From an uncultured bacterium (GTDB lineage: Bacteria; Patescibacteriota; Patescibacteriia; Patescibacteriales; UBA12465): DNA of 64,000 nucleotides. Positions 54,074 through 62,400 of this stretch are shown piece by piece (within the stretch, counting starts at the first letter, position 1; each line of letters begins with the position of its first letter). A program made the translations under genes and the position numbers. Under the pieces are notes generated by a model that was not told the DNA's origin, made no database searches, and worked only from the letters and a program-made list of their open reading frames with translations. The stretch covers positions 8,311-72,310 of the forward strand of contig CAJAVM010000026.1 of NCBI GenBank assembly GCA_903945435.1. The letters are read 5' to 3'.

Positions 54074-56614
54074 TTATTGACAGCTATCACACTGTGCTCT
54101 TTCTTGAGGGTCAATAGGGCAAGCTTTATAATCATTGGTAGTTTCTTTTTGTTGAACTGGCGATTCAGTCAACTCAGCAACTTCAGCCTGAGCCGCAATC
54201 ACAGTCGCGCCAAATCCTTTTCTACTAACTGCCGCCCCAAAACCAGTTTTTCCAATTGCCGTTGATTTATTAACAGTAACTGTACTTTGTTCAGCACTAT
54301 GACGCGGTTTCATGTGTAAATAATAAGTAGTTTTTAAGCCCTTATCCCAGGCATCGATATAAACTTGCATTACCTCTTCTATATCTCTAGTTGCTAAGTA
54401 CATGTTGCGACTAATTGCTTGGTCAACCCATTTCTGCGCTCGAGAAGCAACTTCGACAAAAGCTTGAGGGTCAACTGAAAAAGAATCTTTATAAACAACT
54501 TTTATTTCCTCAGGAATATAATCAAGACCACTAATATCTCCGTAGGATGCTAAAATATCATCTTTGGCTCTTTCCCATAGTCCCAATGCTTTTAGCTTGG
54601 TTACTAAATTAACATTTAGTTCCATATGTTTTCCTCCCAAGGTATTGCGACTAAAAATTTGAGCAAAGCGCGGATCAATTCCAGTTGAAGTTCCAGCAAC
54701 TAATCCGATATTAGCCGTTGGAGCAATAGCAAGCAGTGTTGAGTTACGCATTCCATTTTTTACCTTTGAACGTAAAGACTCCCAATCAAGGCTAGAAGAT
54801 TTATTAATTACCGCTACGCCATCATTACTCGCTCCCGCCTTACGATTTGCTTCCAAGATTTTAATGGTATCGAGTGGAACCAAACCCTTGGACCATGAGG
54901 AGCCAGGAAAGTTATCATACATTCCCCTTTCTTTAGCTAAATCTGCACTCTCATCAATTGCTTGATAACTAATAAATTCCATCACCTTATCAGTTAATTC
55001 ATAAGCGGCTTCAGAATCATAAGCAATATCAAATCTTTCAAATAAATCAGCAAGCCCCATGACACCAAGTCCGACGGCTCGATTATGACTATCAAAATTT
55101 CTCGCTTCCTCAATTGGCGGTTCATTAATATCAACTAAATTATCAAGTTGACGAACGGCTAAACGAACACTCTTTTTAAGCTCCTCCCAATCGATTTCTG
55201 CTATTGCATCGGCTTTTAGATGACGAACTAAATTAATTGAAGCCAAATTACAAACTGCAACATTATCTTTATTGGTTGGCAAAGTTATTTCGGTACATAA
55301 ATTAGAACCATAAATAGTCCCCGTATTATTATTTAAAGCACGAACATTAATTGCATCTTTGAAAGTAATCCAAGGGTGAGCCGAGGCTTGAAGAGAAACT
55401 ATAATTTGACGGAACTGATCCAAGGCTTTAATTTTTTTAAAAACTTTTAATTCCCCGGATTCTGCCTGTACACAATATTCTTGATAACGATGACTAAAGG
55501 CTTCACCATATAAATCTACTAAATCCGCTGTATCTCGAGGGTCAAACAAATACCAATAATCATCCGCCTTAACACGTTTCATAAATTCATCAGAAATATA
55601 AACAGCAATATTTGCGGTTCTGGTACGACGATAATCATCACCGGCATTTTGTTTTAAATCCATATACTCCTGAAAATCGTAATGCCAATTTTCCATATAA
55701 AAACAAAGAGCGCCCATTTTCTTCCCCGCTCGAGAAATGGCTCGAATCGCGGAATCAATAATATGCAAAAATGGAATTGGCCCTGAAGAAAAAGTATTGT
55801 TAGTTGAAATCGGTGAACCACTCGCTCTTAGCTTGGTAACCGCTAAACCAATCCCGCCAGTTGCTTTTGATAATTTTAAAACATCCGAAACAGTCTTTCC
55901 GATATGGTCTACGCTATCTTCCATCTCCATAATAAAACAATTGCTGAGACGGGACTTTAAAGCGCCAGCATTTACATTAGTTGAACCTCCGGGGATGTAA
56001 TATAGCTTAGACATGCGTTCATAAAATTCTTCCGCAATCTTGTCTTTATTTTTCTCATTCCAAGATAAGCCCATCGATAAACGTAACCAAAAATATTGAG
56101 GGGTTTCCATCAATTTTTGCTTATCATCACGCATTAAATATCTGCGTGCTAAAGTTCCTAAACCAGCGTAAGTAAATAAGCTATCTCTTTCTGGATTAAT
56201 AATATTAACTAACGCATCTAAATCAAAGGTTTCTAGATTAGGCGAAAGCCAACCATTTTCAATTCCCTTTTTAAGCTCTTCCTTCCAAGTCTTTTGATAA
56301 ATTTCCGTAAAGTCAGCGTGAGAAGAATCAACACCTAAAGCCTCGCGATAAATTGATTCCAAAAATAATCCAGCCGCCAATTTATCATACTCTGGATCAT
56401 CTTTAATATGTTGAGCGGAAGATTGCATAAGTGCTTGATCTACTTCAGACTCCGGCATATTTTCGTAAAGAGTTGCGAATGCTTCAGCGGCGATGGTTTT
56501 AATTTTATCTTCTGAAAGATTTGTTTTTTTACCAACAGTAATTAATTTATTTTCTAAATTAGAAACAGGAATCTCTTGGATTTCACCACCATAAAGAGTA
56601 ATTTTTTTGTGCAT
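54074..56614 (-). CDS. nrdA: Ribonucleotide reductase large subunit (class I)
   Basis: 846 aa with the active-site region NLCTEITLP, and C-terminal CDSC redox cysteines. I could not recognise an obvious ATP-cone motif at the N-terminus. Confidence 0.95.
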   Translation of the reverse strand: MHKKITLYGGEIQEIPVSNLENKLITVGKKTNLSEDKIKTIAAEAFATLYENMPESEVDQALMQSSAQHIKDDPEYDKLAAGLFLESIYREALGVDSSHADFTEIYQKTWKEELKKGIENGWLSPNLETFDLDALVNIINPERDSLFTYAGLGTLARRYLMRDDKQKLMETPQYFWLRLSMGLSWNEKNKDKIAEEFYERMSKLYYIPGGSTNVNAGALKSRLSNCFIMEMEDSVDHIGKTVSDVLKLSKATGGIGLAVTKLRASGSPISTNNTFSSGPIPFLHIIDSAIRAISRAGKKMGALCFYMENWHYDFQEYMDLKQNAGDDYRRTRTANIAVYISDEFMKRVKADDYWYLFDPRDTADLVDLYGEAFSHRYQEYCVQAESGELKVFKKIKALDQFRQIIVSLQASAHPWITFKDAINVRALNNNTGTIYGSNLCTEITLPTNKDNVAVCNLASINLVRHLKADAIAEIDWEELKKSVRLAVRQLDNLVDINEPPIEEARNFDSHNRAVGLGVMGLADLFERFDIAYDSEAAYELTDKVMEFISYQAIDESADLAKERGMYDNFPGSSWSKGLVPLDTIKILEANRKAGASNDGVAVINKSSSLDWESLRSKVKNGMRNSTLLAIAPTANIGLVAGTSTGIDPRFAQIFSRNTLGGKHMELNVNLVTKLKALGLWERAKDDILASYGDISGLDYIPEEIKVVYKDSFSVDPQAFVEVASRAQKWVDQAISRNMYLATRDIEEVMQVYIDAWDKGLKTTYYLHMKPRHSAEQSTVTVNKSTAIGKTGFGAAVSRKGFGATVIAAQAEVAELTESPVQQKETTNDYKACPIDPQERAQCDSCQ

Positions 56615-56640
56615 ATTTTTTAAAAGCCTTAATTTATTAG

Positions 56641-56711
56641 TGTTCCGCAGTTTAGCTTATGTAGTGGTCGGAACACTATCTATTATACTACATATGGTGT
56701 ATGCCTACAAT
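56641..56711 (-). promoter_or_regulatory. Candidate nrdA promoter, NrdR-like operator half-matches and 5'-terminal hairpin
   Basis: Minus strand TTGTAG (56711..56706), a 17-nt spacer, then TATAAT (56688..56683). ACACCATATGTAGTAT (56701..56686) resembles the NrdR box consensus, and a weaker box lies 31 bp downstream. An 8-bp stem GUGUUCCG/CGGAACAC (56677..56641) starts near the predicted +1. Confidence 0.35.
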
Positions 56712-56725
56712 ACCCAAAAACACTA

Positions 56726-56756
56726 ATAAAAAAGCCTCTTCGCTAAAAGAGGCTTC
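56726..56756 (-). terminator. Rho-independent terminator after the PurM-like gene
   Basis: Minus strand AGCCUCUU-UUAGCG-AAGAGGCU followed by UUUUUUAUU. Confidence 0.75.
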
Positions 56757-56776
56757 TCATCAGACACATAAAATGT

Positions 56777-57961
56777 CTAATAGAGGAATTCGCCATAAGG
56801 CGTTTTTAGATTTACTTCATTCCCTGGTTTAATTCCAGAGGCAGCAATTACTTTCCCTAAACGAGCAAAAGCGATGCCACAACTGTGAGCAGCTGTTTGT
56901 ACGGCATATGCTAATTCTGGTTTATTTTCTCCCACGATATCGATACCGATACCACAATTGAAATTTACAAACATATTCTCCCAGGTTTCTTTTGACTCTT
57001 GCTGAATCAGTTGAAAAATTGGCGAAGGGGTAGGCATTTCTTTGACGTAGCATACTCCATTACCCACATGAGCAATTTTAGTTGCTCCGCCTCCAGTATT
57101 CATGGAAATCCCATGAAGAAGATGCAGCGCCTTAATGGATTTTAATTCAATCAGAATTTCCCGAATCACGAATGCCCAGTGTCTTGTAGGTGAAAGGATA
57201 GCGTCGCCAACCGACATACCTCTTAAAACTTTAGGCTTGTCATTAGGCTTAAACCGTCCCTTATAAAAAATACCATCCCGTTTTAAAGTAGGGTACTTTT
57301 CGTTATAAGACGTATCCATTAAACAACTGCGCGCGAGAGTCAATCCGTTCGACATTATTCCAGAGTTTCTTTCTTGTTCCCAAACTGCACAAGCATCGCT
57401 ATGCAGACCCAAAATTACATCACCGGGTTTAACATTCCCAGTAACTACTTCAAACTTTTTAGCCCAAGCAGTAACCGCAATATCAAATACTCCGGAACGA
57501 ACCTGATCTTTTAGGTCGGCAGTTTCTCCACCAAGAAACTTAATATCGAAACCGCGACGATAATATAAATCAGCTAACACTGAGAAACGACGAGCTACCG
57601 CTTTCATTACAATTTCCTTAAGCTCGGGATTGAGATTAAGGTTGAGGACGTCAGTCATGAGCCAGGGACCGAACACAAATCCAGAAGCGGCGATATCGCC
57701 AGTGTTCATAGAAACGGCGTCATCCACCATTCCCTCAAAGATAGTATCGTCTCCAAATTCATAATAATGCAACAACCGCTGCACAAATTTTGAACCATCA
57801 CCATCCTGGTGCTGGGTTATGACTCGCCTTTTGTTCGTTGGGTCCGTCACAATATTAACGAACGCCCCTGGATACTCATTGTCAATGATATCCTTAAAAC
57901 TTTGTCGGACAATTGTCTTATTAGGATCAACTCCGAGATTTTCATACATACTTTTTGGCAT
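56777..57961 (-). CDS. AIR synthetase-like protein (PurM family, divergent)
   Basis: 394 aa matching the PurM pattern: YENLGVDPNK (compare Y.dAGVD), QDGDGSKF (compare tDGVGTK), VDDAVSMNTGDIAASG, GGETADL, SNGLTLAR, LSPTR, NTGGG, FNCGIGIDIV. Confidence 0.75.
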   Translation of the reverse strand: MPKSMYENLGVDPNKTIVRQSFKDIIDNEYPGAFVNIVTDPTNKRRVITQHQDGDGSKFVQRLLHYYEFGDDTIFEGMVDDAVSMNTGDIAASGFVFGPWLMTDVLNLNLNPELKEIVMKAVARRFSVLADLYYRRGFDIKFLGGETADLKDQVRSGVFDIAVTAWAKKFEVVTGNVKPGDVILGLHSDACAVWEQERNSGIMSNGLTLARSCLMDTSYNEKYPTLKRDGIFYKGRFKPNDKPKVLRGMSVGDAILSPTRHWAFVIREILIELKSIKALHLLHGISMNTGGGATKIAHVGNGVCYVKEMPTPSPIFQLIQQESKETWENMFVNFNCGIGIDIVGENKPELAYAVQTAAHSCGIAFARLGKVIAASGIKPGNEVNLKTPYGEFLY

Positions 57962-58009
57962 GCTTTGCGATTTTTTGGTTTTACAATAAAAACTTATTCA
58001 TCCAGATTT

Positions 58010-59326
58010 TTAATCCAATTGTTCAATTGCGTACTGTCTCAACATATACAAATACGGATTTTTTTGCGCCAAAATATTTAACGCTGCTAAAACCGCATTT
58101 TTACGAGACATAATAGTTAACAACGGAACCTGACTCGGAACATTGAGACTACTAAAAACATCAACTGCGTTTTCATCTGCAGTTAAAGGAACGGTAATCA
58201 CTGGCCAGCTAGTACGAGCGGCAAGCATCGGGCCTAAGCCATTGCTCATTCCAACCATAGCAATGATAACACCACCTTCGGGAGATTCGCCCAGAGTTAC
58301 TTCTAAAATATCGAGGCAAGCGCTAGGCGATTTATGACCGGAAACAATGATTTCACTAAAAGCAACCGAACGATGCGAAGGCAAGCCGCAGCCCTCAAGA
58401 TTCAGATCATTTTTCGAGCCTTTCCAGGTTACAATTCTTTGTTGAGGTAAAAGGAAAGCATCAGTCAACTTAGCAACCATGGCATACTTGCTACCGATTT
58501 CTTCCATGCCAGCATTATCACGGAAACATTGTTTGGAAACTTCTTCCCAAGCATTGGTCCGCAAACGCCAAGAATCATTATCGATTACATCAGCAATTAC
58601 TAATTCGCCGTTGGTCGTGATTCCAAATTCGATTTTAAAATCAATCAACCTGAAACCCAGCTGAGCCCAAGCTCCTTCCAAAATAAGGAAGGTTTTTCTG
58701 GTAATCTCCTCAATTGCAGTTAACACATCTTTTACATTTGATTCCAACTCCTTCACGGGTAAAAAATCTTCGGGATGAACTGAAAGCTTCAAAGAAGCAT
58801 TTTCATCCCAAGCCGGAAGTTTTGGATCCTGTAAATTCCAGGCCTCCATATCTTCATCATAATGAATGAATGGATCTTCAATTGGTGTTTGGCCAACTTC
58901 TTCTCCAGCCATCGTTTTAATGCTTTTCCCTGTTGTTTTCAAAAATAATTCAAACACTAAGGAATGAAACCGGAATGGCACCTTTTTTGATGTCGTTGCC
59001 AAGTTAGGAAACCGTTTTAAATAACTACCGACGGCATACCGACGAGCAATTACTTCTAACGGAACCATTTGACATTTTTCAGCTATGAATTCTGTAGTTG
59101 ATAACTGCTTAAAAAATGCTACCGGGATACCGGCGTCTTTTAAAAGCCTAAACACATTGCAGGTTGTTTGCGTTGCAAACACCGCCTTGTTTTACATCTG
59201 AGCAGTAAGCTCGGGAGTATCAAACTTCGTTAAAGCATCGAAGTTTTGCAGAATCACTGCATTTTCATCACTAGTCGCAAAAACCGCCTTGGTTTTTCCG
59301 CGATACAACTCTTGTCTTCTTTCCAT
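58010..59326 (-). pseudogene. PAICS-type bifunctional SAICAR synthetase (PurC) / AIR carboxylase (PurE) fusion, interrupted by one in-frame TAA (59194..59192)
   Basis: ATG 59326 opens [44 protein letters not shown], followed by TAA. The same frame then continues [23 protein letters not shown]... and is the 390-aa track ORF from GTG 59182. The PurC core contains ADVIDNDSWRL, and the PurE-like C-terminal half contains GSKNDL, SGHKSP and GMSNGLGPMLAARTSWPVITVP. Pseudogene status is uncertain. Confidence 0.8.
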
Positions 59327-59381
59327 TTGTACGGATTTTATTGGTGAATACTAAAAAATAATAATTGTTAAAGAATGTTTT

Positions 59382-59410
59382 ATCTTAATAAAAAAGTCCT
59401 ATTTTGTCAA
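59382..59410 (-). promoter_or_regulatory. Candidate promoter of the PurC-PurE gene
   Basis: Minus strand TTGACA (59410..59405), a 17-nt spacer, then TAAGAT (59387..59382). It is positioned for the ATG at 59326, not for the internal GTG. Confidence 0.45.
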
Positions 59411-59421
59411 ATTATTTAAAC

Positions 59422-59452
59422 AAAAAGAGTTGCCTTGAAAGCAACTCTTTTT
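59422..59452. terminator. Bidirectional terminator after the giant surface-protein gene
   Basis: AGAGUUGC-CUUGAAA-GCAACUCU forms an 8-bp stem, flanked by an A-run and a T-run. Confidence 0.75.
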
Positions 59453-59477
59453 CAATATATTATTCCATTTTAGATCT

Positions 59478-62400
59478 TTATTTCTGTTTATTTTTCCTTT
59501 CTTCTAACATTTGAGTAATCTTTTGCACTTGTGCTGTTGTAAACTGAGCAACTGGAATCTTATTCAAGTCAGCATTAGTAATACCAAGACCAAATTGTCT
59601 CATAATTGCATATGCTTCGGTTGGACGACCAAGGTAATAACGTTTTTTAGAAACAGGCTCAACATACCAAGCCTCACCATTAGTTTCAACTTGAATATAC
59701 ATACGACCAAGGGCGAGTTTTAATAACTTAGGATCGGTAACTAATTTACCTGGCCCGTAGGAGTTATAGCCATTTATTATTTCCTCATAATCATTATAAC
59801 TATCGCCGTCTGAATCAATTTTATTCTTATCAGAACCAATACCTTCTTCTAAACGATCAGTTAAACGATCGCCATCAGTATCCCTGTCTTCATTTAAAGA
59901 ATCCTTAACCAAGCCGATAGGAATTTTCCTTAAATTTTTATTACTAATACCTTGACCAATCAGACTCATAACTGAAAAAGCATTTTGAGCTGAACCAAGA
60001 TAATATCTCTTTCTATCTACTGGATTAACATACCAAGCTCGACCCTTATCTTCGACTTGAATTAAAATTCTTCCCATTAAATTTCCAACTAATTTTGGAT
60101 CTTCTTTTACAAGTAGAGCTCTAGCAGCCTCCATGATATCTAAAGCGTCAAGATCAAATGGCCCGTCTCCGCCACTAGAACAAGCTTTATTTTTATTAGT
60201 ATTTTGCTCTGTCGTTAAAGTACAGGTAGCTGGGTATTTAGTACTAACCTCACGATGCTGATAACCGCCAGAACAATCACCCCAAGCGCCATATATTACT
60301 TCAGTGCAATATTCTGCGTTAGCGCAAGACTGACTTTGGCTAGCTTGTTGAGCAGTAGTTGGGCTACATTGATTAGGCGTGCTACTCACGATACTTCTAT
60401 ATTGAATTCCGTTAAAACAAGCACCCCAATCTCCATAAACAACTGCCGTACAAGGAGTAACGCTACCACCTCCGCCGCCACCACCTCCGCCACCTCCGCC
60501 GCCACCGCCAGCAGCAACATTGCGTGTGAAGGAAACGGTGCTTGATGAAGTATTCCCAGCTAAATCAGAAACCGACAACAAAGCCGTATAGTTACCATTA
60601 ACATTCCCCGAAAGAGTAGGGTTAAGAATATTAGCGCCACCCCCAAAACTAATATTTCCTCCAGCCGGCACTATCTGTTGAGTCCAAGTATAGGTCATTT
60701 GATTAGCCACATTAAAATTATCAATAGCAGTTGCTCCGGGAGCAGTAGCACTATTTACATCACCGCTGAAAGATCCAGCCGAAACAGTTGGCGCCGTAGA
60801 ATCTATACTAAATAGAAAGCTAGTGCCAGTTGCGATATCACCCAAAGTATCGACCGCTAATATTCTGACTAAACTACTAGTAGAATTTATTCCAGCTGAA
60901 ATTGGCCAGCTGACTAACAAACTGGAGCTAGCAATAGCATCATTTATTACATTCCAACTAGAACCATTATTAATAGAATATTCGGCTTCCATATGATCTA
61001 AATCACCAGGATCAACAATTGTCCAAGTAATGGTCGAGGTACTATTTCCAGGCAAGTTAGTACCAAGAATAGGATAAGTAACTAATGGGTCGTATTGGCT
61101 AAGCCAAGAAAAGGATAAAGTACTGGTTCCGACGTTGCCACTTCTATCTGTTGCAGATAATAAAACTTGATATGCACCAGAAATGTCACCTGAGAATAAT
61201 GTGCTGGTAGCAGTTGGGCTTGAAATAACTAAATTTGCACCACTAGGCTTAGAAATTTCTGTCCATAAAAAAGTTAAATTAGATTCAGTGTCATAATTAT
61301 CACTCGCCGAAACTCCGACCGAAGAAGTCGCTGTATTAATAGCAGTAGCTATAGTTCCCGCATTAACAATCGGCTTTGTAGAATCAATAGTGAAATTTAC
61401 TGAAGTTCCAGTAGACTGATTCCCGTAGTTATCATAAGCAGCAACTCTCACTAAACTACTTGTTGAGTTTAAAGCAGCCGGAACTGTCCAGGCATAAGTT
61501 CTAATCCCAGCAGAAAGACCGGCTACAATTACATTCCAAGTCGAGCCATTATTAATAGAATAACTTAAAGAAAAATCACGTAAATCTGGCAGAGCTGGAA
61601 TAGACCAGCTAATAGTTTGTACAGCTCCTCCCCTTACGGCGCTAGTACTAGTAGGAGCGGTGATAGTAGGAACGTCAGGTTCGCCTTCCCAATAAAAAGT
61701 TAATGGACTCGTTGAAATATTACCTGCTCTATCTTCAACATATAAATTAGCAGTATAAGAACCAGAGACTGTTCCGGAGAACGTTGGGTTAATAGCAGTT
61801 GCTGAAGATAGAACTAAGGCTCCTCCACCCGGCGTAATTACCGAACTCCAAAGATAATTTAAATCACTAGAGCCATCAATATTATCAGTAGCAGTTGTTC
61901 CCGAATTAGTCTCTACTCTTATTCGACCAAGACTACCAATATTAATTACTGGAACAGTTGAATCTATAGTAAAATTAGCTGAAGTTCCAGTTGATTTTAC
62001 GCCGTGAGTATCGTAAGCATCAATCTTTATTAAACTACTAGTTGAATTAACTGCACTAGGAACAGTCCAGGCATAGGTGCGACTAGCCGCAGTTGTAGTC
62101 GCAATCGAATTCCAAGAAACACCATTATTAATAGAATAACTTAAGTCAAAATAATCTAAGTCAACAGCATCAATAAACCAATTTATATTTTGAATAGTTC
62201 CCGCTTTTACAAAAGTAGCATCTGTTGGATTAGAAATCGTTGGAATACCAGGCTCTGCCTGCCAATAGAAAGTTAAGGCTCTAGTTGAGCTATTCCCCGC
62301 TCTATCAGTAACTGTTAACTGGGCTGTATAGTTTCCAGTTACTGTCCCAGCCATAGCGGGGTTTACAACGGAACTTGATGGAGTAAACACCAAAGATCCG

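Noticed and set aside
56641-56695. H-type pseudoknot in the nrdA 5' UTR from two interleaved 8-bp complementary pairs (GTGTTCCG/CGGAACAC and TATGTAGT/ACTACATA, spacing 10-3-10)
   Set aside because: The best promoter (-10 at 56688..56683) lies between the elements, so the upstream ACTACATA/TATGTAGT arm would not be transcribed. That pair is better read as DNA-level operator half-sites, and only the GC stem as RNA. A mapped TSS upstream of 56701 would revive the pseudoknot idea.
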